Source: Azolla caroliniana (taxonomy: Eukaryota > Plantae > Polypodiophyta). From it: a stretch of DNA of 64,000 nt. The notes beneath the pieces were generated by a model. That model was given only the letters and a program-made list of their open reading frames with translations, did no database searches and was not told the DNA's origin. The stretch is from assembly GCA_043228905.1 (NCBI GenBank), contig JBHGNT010000105.1:1-64000 (forward strand). Direction: 5' to 3'. This document shows positions 40,442-51,743 of the stretch, piece by piece; position 1 is the first letter of the stretch; each line of letters opens with the position of its first letter. The translations under genes were made by a program, and so were the position numbers.

Positions 40442-42784
40442 TTATGAGTAGGAAGCCATATTCACACCAGCTTCTCTATTAAACTGGTTCTTCCAAGATC
40501 CTCCTTGAGCTTTTGAATGGCAGAGATAATAAGCAATACTGAGGATAAATGTGAAGAAAGTGAATGCTACACCCGAAGCAAAAGTATCTTTGCGAATTGC
40601 CCCACATGATATATCAGTGACTGCAAAATATGAAAAATATCTTATATGTTTGGCATTCTGTACTGCTCCTGCTAAATAGCACGCTCCAGCAATGATAAAA
40701 GATACCCTGGATCATTGAAAAACCACAGTTAAAACCATTTGTGAAGATCTAAGGGAATCTGCCATATAGCCCAGAATTCTATGCACAATTGTTTCTAAAC
40801 TATATTGCGCCTATCAAGAGAGCATTATTACAATCCAAATTTCAAATTAGGTACAATGTGAAGGAATAAGGAATGAGATCATGACTTCTAACATATCTCA
40901 GGTAGAGAATCTCAAAAACTATGTTTGGTACATATTTACAATCTATTACTCTGATGACTTCATGCGTGTCACTGTGGAGTAAATATGAAAGTTAAAGAGA
41001 ATGTCGGGATTTGTAACTGCCTCACAAAGTAAATACGTAAGGCATAAAGAAGTTAAGGAAGTACATTTATCCGGGCATGGCCTCTCACATTATATTTTTC
41101 TTTCGGAAGTAAACAAATAATGTCGCTTAGTATTAGAACAGATTTCAAAGATGAACTAAGGATTATCAAATCGTAATGAAATGTATTCTCCTGGCGGATC
41201 CAATACATGATGGTAAATGCAAACGAAAGAACTTCAACAGTCTAACTTCAAAGAGAAACCAAAGATTACAAATTCAGAATAAAGAAAGAGAAAGACATCA
41301 CAAGCTCATCTTCCTACATGGCGAAATGCATGATGTTAAATCCAAGGAGCAGCAGTAAAGACAAATAACAACATATTTTGAGAGAGAGAGAGAGAGACAA
41401 TAAAGATTATGAGTAGAGGATGAGTAAAACAATGGCAAACAAGCATACTCCCAAAAGGATGAAATACGTCAACAAATACCAGAAAAGAACAGGTTTTCAG
41501 AGAGAAGGGGAGAGAGTAACGATGTATTACCAGTTGAGGATGAAGAAAATGATAGCAAAAGCTCGAGCTCCCCCAGGTTTAAGCGGATTCCCACAGCAAA
41601 GACATCGTGTTGCAGCCCCAATAATCACTTGGCTAGTTAAGAGGAACAATAAGGCTCCAACACTCAATCCAGAAGCTATATCAGATGAATAATAACACCA
41701 GTGGTGAGTACTTGTATCATCATTTTGTGGCACACCCTGCAAGAAATTCGGAAAAGAATGGGGTTGAAAACCTCATATCAGGAACATGGATTTCATACTT
41801 GTAGCTGCCACATCTTGGGTTAAAATAAGTAGCTTTTAGATTTAGTTGTTATTCACAGATACTATGAGAAGATCATAGACTCCCGTACAACACACAGAAG
41901 ATATCAGAATATAGAACCCAACTGAATTCACAACTAAAATAGGTTAGCTTCATGTACATGGAGCGTGTGTAAAAAGTACGAAGTTAACTCCCTGCACATT
42001 GATAACCATAAAACAAGATAGTTCTGTATTTAGTGGTAAAACATTCAGTGTTAGGGTTTTCCCTGCACATAAAGCATGTATAACATGTACAACGACCACA
42101 AATAATGCTTTTCTCCATGCATGAAGACTATCTAGTAGCTGTAATACAAATTTAGCTAGAAACTGGCCGAATTGAAGGCTTGGATACGGGAGCAAAATAA
42201 ATTTTTTTTCTATGCCCACCAAGAATAATCAACTGTTTACATTTCTCGTTTGGTAGTAAGAAATCTAGCAATATTAAGGTGTAATAAAAACGGGCGAAGT
42301 TGATGCTCATTTCCCCTTCAGAAGGGGAAGAAACCAGCAATACTAGAAGCTCATAATGCCTGATAGTCGTAAGTAGCTCTAAAACCTAAGGACATAAACA
42401 CGTAGAAATCAGGAAATATAGTTACTTCTGATTTACATAAGTAGCTCTAAAAACTCAGATGTGGCGATTAACTCTCTGAGACAAAAAAAAAAAAACAGTA
42501 AAGGAGGAAAGGAAACCAAGAGATCTAGTTAGAAAGACAAACGTTGCTGAAATTTTTAGCAAAGAAACTGCAGAACTTGAAAAAGAAAAAGGCGAGAAGA
42601 GTTCCTTTAAACTCATAAGTCAGGAAAAGAAACGGAAAGGAAGAGAAAAGGAGGAAGGAAGGTGGGAGAGAGAGAGAGAGAGAGAGGTTACAGTGGCGCG
42701 TCTCTGCACTGCTCCGATGCCGAGTCCGAAGGCGATGAGGTCGAGGATGAAAACCAAGACGATGACGAGCGTAGTAGAAGCCAT
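40442..42784 (-). CDS. DUF1218 (MWL/Fb34-like) small multi-pass membrane protein (~187 aa, 3 exons)
   Basis: Exons 42784-42692 (MASTTLVIVLVFILDLIAFGLGIGAVQRRAT), 41736-41531 (CYYSSDIASGLSVGALLFLLTSQ...TRCLCCGNPLKPGGARAFAIIFFILNW) and 40706-40442 (VSFIIAGACYLAGAVQNAKH...CGAIRKDTFASG...) total 564 nt in frame. Confidence 0.92.
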
Positions 42785-43243
42785 GGAGCTTTAATGGAGA
42801 CCTTCAGACTCGAAACCACGCCGCCGTCAGAGCGAGATCGTCTTGTGCGAGCGACGCAGCTTTAATGGAGACCTTCAGGCTGAGATACCACAGTATGTAT
42901 GTATATGAGAGAGAGAGAGAGAGAGATCGTTCCCGCTCGAAAGGAGAATTTATTTACTACTTATTTTTTTCTCATTTGTTATTTCTTATTTTGATATCTA
43001 TATTTATTATTAATGATGATTTATTATTTATTATCTATAAACTTCATTATTCTACTTTTTTGGCTTTATATAAATACATATGTATGTAGACGTAATACAG
43101 ATATGTATTTATGCTATTTCTTATTTGATGTCTTTATTCATTATTCTTTATTATTTACTATTTATTGTTTATTATTTATTATTGTTTATTATTTATTATT
43201 GTTTATTATTTATTATTTATTATTTATTATTGCTTATTATTTT

Positions 43244-43555
43244 GGCAAAAGTACCATGATACCCCTGGAGGTTCGTCTATTTACCAGAATGCCCCTGGAA
43301 GTTCCAAATTTACCAAACTATCCCTATGTCTAAAAAATTACACTTTATAAAGTAATTATACACTCAAATCTACAAGCCCTATTTACCAAAGATGAAAGAA
43401 ATGGACCCGCACTAGCCCTATTTACCAAATATTTGAGTATATAGTTAATTTATAAAGTGTAATTTTTTGGACATAGGGGTAGTTTGGTAAATTTGGAACT
43501 TCCAAGGGCATTCTGGTAAATAGACGAACCTCCAAGGGTATCATGGTATTTTCCC
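43244..43555. mobile_element. Mutator-like (foldback) MITE, ~312 bp with ~125-bp terminal inverted repeats
   Basis: GGCAAAAGTACCATGATACCCCTGGAGGTTCGTCTATTTACCAGAATGCCC... pairs with ...GGGCATTCTGGTAAATAGACGAACCTCCAAGGGTATCATGGTATTTTCCC. The flanks TATTATTTT and TATTATTTA match at 8 of 9 positions, consistent with a 9-bp TSD in an AT-rich site. Confidence 0.85.
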
Positions 43556-44574
43556 TATTATTTATTATTTACAATTCGTTATTTATAATCTTGATCATTC
43601 TACTTTTGCTTTCTCCTTTTCGCTTTATAAATATAAAGATATTTAGCTTTTCTTATTTATTCCCCCACTCCACCACCACCACCCACCAACAACAAACAAC
43701 AAAATGAATGAATAAATATACATATGTAGATCGATCGATCGATCGATAAAGAATAAGAGGGCCCCCTTCCCACGGCCTCGTTTTCACACCCTTTCAGCCT
43801 TGTGCACAAAAGAAGAAGAAGCATAAGCTCTGGGCCAATGTTCGTCCTTTATCTCTCTTTACGAGTGTACGGTCCGGTCTTTCGCTCTCCGTTTTGTTTC
43901 TGATGTGAACTTGTCGGCAATCTCCTTTTGTAGTGAAATTCCAAAAGAAATGTGTGTGTCTTATGACAGTGATGAGTAGTGCCTATTACAGAATGAACAT
44001 AGATAGATAGATAGATAGCATTAAAACCCATTTTTAGATAGAAAACCTAAATTTTGAAAAGGATAGTGGGAACGATCTCCCACCACACTAAGTTTCTTTT
44101 AGAGGGAACAATCCTCTTTGCCCTGTGAAATGGGAAACTTCTCTTTTACATCGTAAGCTCGTGAACATGAGACTTGAGAGTTTAGTGTTTTCCTTGCATG
44201 AGTCTTCAATCTGTGTCGAACATAATGTGGCTTGAAAAAAGTCAAGCACATTTTTCGGCTTTAGTGAAACTTTACCATGGATATACCAACAAAATTTACC
44301 ATGGTTGCCTTGCCTATGTAGTGCACACCTCATGGTGAGCTTTAGACCATACATCATTTACTTCCCAAACTTGTGTATTAAATGTAAAAATATTAATCAA
44401 AGGTTTTTTTCCTTGCATTTTTTCTCCTATTGCTAAAGTTGTTAGGTCCTTTCCAAACAACTCAGGTAGCAAATGATGCATGTTTGCCACTAGTGTGACA
44501 AGTCCCCTAGATAAGTAGGAAAATGTTGGTAATTTAATGAGCAAACGAGGAGAATAGTGTCATTTTGTTTTTGT

Positions 44575-45380
44575 AGGTACACGATTTTGGTGGTAAATTA
44601 GCTAGAGTGAGATGGTTGATGTGGATTAATGAAGCACGATTCATGTTTTTTATAAGAATGAGTGTTGGAGGTGTGGGGGTTGAAGCATAGTCTCTTCAAA
44701 AGAGTAGACTCATTTAGTTGTTTGTATGTACAAGATTTTGGCGGTAATCAACAAGAAGTTTGATGTGGACTTGATGAAGCAAAATGGATGTTTTTTATAA
44801 GGATGAGTGATGGTGGTGTGGGGGTTGAAGCATAGTCTATTCATAAGCTTAGACTCGTTTAGTTGTTTGTATGTACAGGTATTGGCAGTAATCGGCGAGA
44901 AGTTTTATGTGGACTTGATAAAGCAAAATGTATGTTTTTGGATAAGGATCAGTGATGAGGGTGTGGGGAGCAAAGCATACTCTCTTGAGGGGATGAGGAA
45001 ACACGACTCATTGTATTGTTGTATGTGCAAGATTTTGGTGGTATTCAGTGAGATGGATGATGTGGACTTAATGAAGTAGAATTGATGTTTTGGATAAGGA
45101 CGAGTGATGATGGTGTGGAGGTCGAAGCATATTCATATGAGAATATGAGGAATTTAGACATATTTTATTGTTTATGTGTAAGAATTTGGTGGTATTCAAC
45201 GAGATGGTTGATGAGGACTTAACGAAGCAGGTTTTATGTTTTTTATAAGGACGAGTGATGATGGTATGGGGACCGAAGAATAAGCTCACGAGGAGAGGAG
45301 GGAACTTTACTTAAATTGTTGTTGTATGTACAAGGATTTGGTGGTAATCTGGCAAGATGGTTGACGTAGAAAGAGGAAGC
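44575..45380. repeat. Diverged tandem array, ~150-bp unit, ~5.3 copies
   Basis: Units start at ~44584, 44734, 44879, 45031, 45182 and 45334. They share GATTTTGG(T/C)GGTA..GATGTGGACTT.ATGAAGCA..TGTTTT..ATAAGGA.GAGTGATG..GGTGTGG..GAAGCATA..TTGT..TATGTACAA. Confidence 0.92.
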
Positions 45381-45439
45381 ATAATTGTTGTTTTTCAATC
45401 ACAAATGTGAAAAGTGATTCTCTTGAAAAACCAAACAAC

Positions 45440-46130
45440 ATAGTTGGTCGCCTTCAAATCCAAGATGTACATGCATGGAATACAATGTTATCTACCTTGA
45501 GAGCTTGTGGTAGCATTTGTTTTTTTTAATAAAGATTATGTTGAACAAGAGCAGGTTGAAGAAGTATTGAATGGCTCATAATTATGCCCAAAGAGGGTTT
45601 GTTTCCAAATAGAGCTACTTTCATTGTTGTCTATGGATATGAATACCTTGGAATGTGTCTAGGGAATAGATTGTAATTACTAGGTTGTTTTCTCTATGTT
45701 GGAGTACATAGATTTGTTTCCTCGACCATTGTCTTACACAAGAGGGCTTGGGAAAAAATACTTTGTATGTTGTAACCATTATGATCTTTCTATATAACCA
45801 ATGGAAGGACATTTTGTTTTGACAAAAAAAAGGTAGGAAAATGTTGTCCCAGCACTAATGAAACAAGTTCATAATCAATCATATAAAAAGAGTGAAGCCT
45901 TCTCTCGTTTTCAAAACAAACACCTAAGATGTAGACATTAACGACATCGAATAATGGCCATAGGTTATTTGTGTTATGGCATATTTCCCTAATTCAATGT
46001 GATGATGGCTACACTATAAACCCCATTTCAATGAACCTACTTGAATGCTATGATTGCATGTATAAAACATCAACATAGAGCATGACACAAATTTTGCCTT
46101 TTTCTTTGGAATGAAGAAAACAGGATTCCT
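45440..46130 (+). pseudogene. Degenerate PLS-type PPR gene fragment
   Basis: Fragments DVHAWNTMLST (~45463), MPKEGLFPNRATFIVV (~45584) and NAMIA (~46044) resemble PLS PPR motifs. They are separated by stops and frameshifts. Confidence 0.4.
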
Positions 46131-47254
46131 CGAGCTGCTTGTTGATTCACCGCAATGGGTATGTGGCAATCAACTACACTCTATACATCATCATGATTTA
46201 CCCTCTTTGCAATCCAATTTTTGTTGCCCTTGTAACTAATAAAAGTATGTTGCATCTCTATGGTTATGATGTATTGTCTATATAACGTTGATTGTGTTTG
46301 TGATTGCTTGACATTGGTAGTGGATACCTTGCATTGACACATAAGATCATGGTATTCTCATTGTAGTTTTTATTTGGACACACAACCATATCTACTGAAC
46401 CTCCTTAAACCTATAAAAAAAATTATCATTCAAATCTTTGTTATTTTGTTGCAATCATGTTTAGTTTTGTTGTTTAAAAAGAGCAAAAGTACTGGGATTT
46501 ATATATTTGGAAACCCATAAGTAAATGTCGAGACAAAACTAGATGATAATAATAGCTGGTTAACATTCATATACAAATAGACATTCGGTTTAGTGTGCAC
46601 TGAGGGGTTTTCTAAAACATTTTAGGGGTTTTGGAAATTTTTAGGGTTTTCTGAAATATTTCCTTCTGTGCTCTAATCATACAATTCTTTGATAAGAAAA
46701 GTGATCAATGTACGTGATATAATTGACTTGAAACGTTTCTGGTTTCAGCATACATACTCTTCAATTTCTTTCTCGATTCTAAATTACCTTTAGTTTTCGC
46801 CTTTTTGCTATGTCAGAGGGATACATTCATTATGCAACAAAACTAATAAACTTCCTTGGATGTGATGAGTTTTTTTCTTGCGTTTTCTTCCTAGTGGCGG
46901 CAAGTTTGAGGAATTGAAGTGCAGATGGAGGAGAGAGAAAAAGAGAGTGGGGGAGCAATGGACAAATCACAAGCAGCAACTTCTGCCATCTTTGAGAATA
47001 AACAAGATGCATAGGAAGAGAGAGGGAAGGAGAGAGGTTTTCTTCATGCAAGAAAATAGCATGCACGCACGCACGCACGCACGCGGCACAAGCACACACA
47101 AAAATAGAAGGACAATAGATGGAAGTTTTGTTGCACATGGAGAAGGAGAGCTCACGTTCACGATCGATCATTGCACAAACTTGACTATTCACAATCATCA
47201 AGAATTGTTTGCCCTTCTTTGTGTATGTTCGTTAATCAAGAATCAAAATCACAT

Positions 47255-47549
47255 CACCAACATACATGTGGTACCTAAAAAGGGTGGTTTGTGCCCATAA
47301 GTGACGACGACGAAGATGGTGACGGTGACAACAATGACGGTTTCGACGATGAAGAAGGTACAATGTAGCCTGTCTACGAGTCTCATCATATCTTAGAGGT
47401 CATCCTGTGCATGTATCTCACTCGTACCATTCGGTACACCCCCTGATGGACTATTTACTGCTAATAAAACATGACTTCGCGTGAGTTGTAGCCTTCGGGC
47501 AAGCCAAAGATAAAAAATACTAAAGTAGTATAAAAAAAAGAAATAAAAA
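47255..47549 (+). mobile_element. 5'-truncated non-LTR retroposon (LINE 3' end or SINE) with A-rich tail and 17-bp TSD
   Basis: AAGAATCAAAATCACAT occurs at both 47238-47254 and 47550-47566. The insert ends in an A-rich tail and contains an acidic ORF end (WFVPISDDDEDGDGDNNDGFDDEEGTM*), an AATAAA signal and a GCC-TTCG-GGC hairpin. Confidence 0.85.
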
Positions 47550-48449
47550 AAGAATCAAAATCACATACTCATAATTGTAAACACTCACACATAAACTCAT
47601 TTTGTTGTTTCTAAATGTTTAGAACATAGTTTCAAATTGGTTTAATGTAATTTTGTCATGAAACAATGTAAACTTTTTTATTTGGATTTTGACCTCTATA
47701 CAAAAAAAGCGCACTTAATAGAATGGTGCAGTTAAGTGGGCACACAGTTAACCGAATGTCTATTGTATTTGCTTTCATGACTTGTAAAATAGCATTGTAT
47801 TCTAGGAAAATATAACAAGCAAAGGTTGCACTATCATGCCAATTGTATGTCACAAGTTTCACACATTTTGCCATGATGTCATAAGGGTTTGAAATTGTAT
47901 TGTCGATAACCTTCTCAAGGATGTTGTTATTTATCTGGCAAATATATATCTCCCCACTCATTATGGCTTTGGAGCACACATGCATAAAAAATTGTTATAC
48001 TTGTAAATTGTGATTAGAAGTTCCCATGAGAAACAAAATAAAACAATATGCACTACTTTTGCATTCTCGACTCCTTTTCTTCATTGTCCTCTCCGGTCTC
48101 TCCATCGGAACAAAACAAATATTTCTTCATATCGATATAACACCTCTTTCATTTGCTTACAACCCCAACTCATTTTTTACTTGAACATCCCATTATCTTG
48201 TTGTGCACGTATTTTTGTGTGATCATATTCCTTTCTCAGCTTAGATAACATCAACATTTAGTAGATTCACTTTCATAATGATTCAGTCCAACTTTGTCTT
48301 TGTTATATCGACGATAATTGTATCTCTAACTAATTCTAAACTATATATGTAACTAGCACTGAATGGGAGATAACTTATACGTAGAAGTACGAGGCCATCT
48401 ACGTAAAGTAAGGACTATCACGCACCATTGTATGACAAACCTTATCCAT

Positions 48450-49230
48450 TTACATCATGCATAAATTGAATGGATAAACCGTCACTACAAATCTACCAAT
48501 CATGTTGTAAAAGTTGTTAACTTTGGATACTCCCAAGATGGTTGTGTATTCGAGGAGTGAGAATTAATGAAAATTTTTAACCTACTTTAAGTTCTTCTTC
48601 AATCGCATTATGGATCAAAAGCACGCGATCTAGCACATGAGATTTGTATATGGCACATACTAAGGATTTTATTAGTGGAGGAAAAAGAAGACGCGATGTT
48701 CATATCAACGTATTGTGAATCTGGAATCATCAAGTGTAAGATCGTGTGACATTGGACGAGCAAGCTTTCACAAGTAAAGATAGGCCGATGAGTAAACGCG
48801 AAGAAGAAGAGCTAATAACATGTGGAAGTGAGTCCATACACTTAGGGGGAGATTGTAATGAAGGTCTAATTGGTGGAGATTGTAATCTCAAAACCAAATA
48901 TTGAATACATTTTGTTTGCTTTTCCTCTTGCACCAAGGTTGCACTTACGTCCCTTCTTGCTACATTTTGCGTATTTTTTATAGTTTGATCTATTGCATTT
49001 GACATACTTGCAAGCCAACTATCTTTACCTAGCATGACCTCTTCTAGATCCTTGTCAATAAGCCCATCGACGGACTTGACCATGTTAAAAAAGAGTCTCT
49101 CGAGTGATGAAATTCTTGAATCAAAGAGGTTTACAAGCCATCGAACTAGACAACATAAAAGTCCACCATCAACACATTTCGATTTGTAACTATAAAATTT
49201 GATGGCCATCCCATCCATCCATAAGGCCAC
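48450..49230 (-). mobile_element. Possible degenerate LINE ORF1-like remnant
   Basis: 166-aa non-ATG ORF with a coiled-coil-like segment (DSRISSLER...DVSATLVQEEKQ), then broken frames. The family assignment is tentative. Confidence 0.25.
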
Positions 49231-49781
49231 AGTAAGGTAACGATGACCACACGGTGCGATTATATAGGTAATATTTTGATAGATCTGGACATGTGGCTCT
49301 CGGGAAGGTACCCCTATATGCTAACCTAGTGGTAAATCTAAGATGACGATGCGTTGTCCTATCGACACAGATATATGGGAGGAAGCGCAGTGGGTCGGGT
49401 GGACACGAGGCATGTGTGGTGTTTGCAAATGAGATACATAGATGTATGGGCGAAAGGAGGAGTAAATATGAAGCAGTTCCAACGGATGAATTCAATTTTA
49501 ATTAAGGCTTGCGGATGGATGGAGGAAGAAGAAGAAGAAAGGGGAAGGCCGGACAGGTGTGAAACGGACGGACCATGGACACACAACAGACCAAAAGCAA
49601 GCAAAAATGTCAGAGGGAAGAGGAGGAGGAGATATGGATAAAAATCATAAATTTGTGTAAACTTGAGCTTTCATGGCATCATCATCATCATCTTCATCTT
49701 CTTCTTCTTCTTCATCGCCTTTGGTTTTCTGTCTTAACTCAGAGAGAGAAAGAGAAAGAGAAAGAGAAAGAGAAAGAGTGA

Positions 49782-49813
<32 letters not shown>

Positions 49814-50462
49814 AGACAGAAGCTAGAAGCCTAAAACCTAACTAGAGCCCGAAACCCCTCCTCTAAATCTGTCAGAGAGTTATCCTTTTGTAACTTGTTG
49901 CATATTCAGAGCGAGGGCCAGAGTGTGTGCGTGCGTGCAAAAAGCAAACCCTAAAATTTCCTTTTTTGTCCAGATTTCTTCCCCACTTTTTTGGTCTGCA
50001 AAAGGTTAGTACTAAAATCTGACCCAAAACACTAAAATCTATCACCGGTTCATACTCTTCTGTTGCATCAGATACAGAGAGAGGGGCAGAGGGAATTTTT
50101 TTTGCGTTGTTTTGGCTAATTTTTATTCCATATCCGGATCACTTGGATAGGCACTAACCTGATCCAAATCCCTAAAGCCCTAAATCTATCAGAGAGGTAA
50201 AACTTCCTTCGCTTGCATCATAGATAGAGAGTCCATAGTTTATTTTCTTTTGTTTCGCTTATTCAAATATTTCATCCCCCACTCTTTTTTTTTATTTTAA
50301 AATCTTGTGGGTCTGCAAGATTAGGCATTAATCTGATCCAAAATCCAAATCTCTGAAATTTTTCCCATCAGAAGGTTATAGATTTCTTCTCCCACTGTGT
50401 TTTCGTTTGTGTTTGTGCTTTTATTTGGGTCTGCAAGGATAGGTACTAATCTAGATAAGAAG

Positions 50463-50570
50463 ATGAGCCTTCGGGCTGAGCATCATCAACAACAACCATC
50501 GCCATCAACATTATCAACATCATCAACATCCGCCTCCTCTTCACCATCATCATCATCATCGTCGTCGTCG

Positions 50571-50602
<32 letters not shown>

Positions 50603-51743
50603 TTCAGGCTCTGAGATTCGTCTCCCTGCCGATATTGACTGGACAATGCTCGACAAATCACGTTTTTTTGTGCTAGGTGCTGCCCTCTTCTCGGGTGTCT
50701 CGGCTACTCTCTATCCAGTAGTTGTTCTCAAGACACGCCAACAAGTCTATTCAGGTACCCACACCACCTCTAGCCTCAAATTAGGGTTTAACATACTCCG
50801 CAATGAAGGTGTTTGTGCTCTATACAAAGGGTTTGGTACATCGTTACTGGGAACTATACCCGCTCGAGCTCTATATATGACCACACTTGAGATCACAAAA
50901 AGCAATGTTGGGTTTGCCGCTCGGCATCTACTTGGGCTTCCAGAATCAACTGCAGCAGCAGCAGCGAATGCTGCCGCTGGGTTAAGCGCCTCAATGGCCG
51001 CTCAATTGGTGTGGACGCCTGTTGATGTCATTAGCCAACGCCTTATGGTTCAGACAAATGTAAAAAACCCCAGTCCTAACCCCAATCCTAATCACAATCC
51101 TAGCACCAAACCTAATGCTAATCTTATACAAAATTCTAGCACTAGCACTAGCACTAACCCTAACCATTCCCCTAATACAAACCTTAACTCTACTCCTAAG
51201 CATGGAGTTAATAGCACTAACTACCGAGGTGGGTTTGATGCATTTCGAACCATCGTTCGAGTTGAAGGCATCCGAGGTTTGTACCGTGGCTTTGGGATGT
51301 CTATCTTGACCTATGCCCCTTCAAGTGCCTTATGGTGGGCATCTTATTGTGTGACTCAAAGAACAATATGGAGGAGCTTAGGGTTAGGAATTGGGAGAGA
51401 ATCTTCTAATAATGATGCTAATGTTAAAGAGCAATATGTGCCGAGTTCGAGTCTTGTTGTTGCTGTCCAAGGACTGAGTGCTGCTTGTGCAGGCGGCGTG
51501 GCAGCCATTGTGACCACGCCTTTGGATACTATCAAGACGAGGTTTCAAGTCATGGAAAGTGATGAGAACAAAAAGCCACCCACTGTGAGAGATACTCTCC
51601 GAAATCTTCTTAAAGAAGGAGGGTGGAAAGCTTGTTATAAAGGGCTCGGACCCCGATGGGCGACCATGTCAATGTCCGCAACCACCATGATTACCACCTA
51701 TGAGTTTCTAAAGCGAATGTCTGCCAAGCAAGAGAGAACCTAA
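50463..51743 (+). CDS. Mitochondrial carrier family protein, SLC25A44-like (~426 aa, intronless CDS)
   Basis: Three carrier signature repeats: PVVVLKTRQQ, PVDVISQRLM and PLDTIKTRFQ. It also has the IDWTMLDKSRFF N-terminal motif and GLYRGFG. The first ATG is at 50463, followed by a poly-Ser N-terminus. Confidence 0.95.

Noticed and set aside
43960-44000. snoRNA C-box-like GTGATGA
   Set aside because: No suitably placed D box or terminal stem found.
44575-45380. CRISPR-like repeat/spacer reading of the tandem array
   Set aside because: Eukaryotic context, units are alignable along nearly their whole length, and there are no cas genes.
47137-47160. miR164-like word TGGAGAAGGAGAGCTCACGTTCA
   Set aside because: Several mismatches plus a 2-nt insertion, no hairpin partner, and the bulge is not at the 10/11 target-mimic position.
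50397-50462. N-terminal extensions in the ORF track for the carrier (and 58019-58138 for the bHLH)
   Set aside because: They start at non-ATG codons in UTR or microsatellite sequence; the first ATG was used instead.
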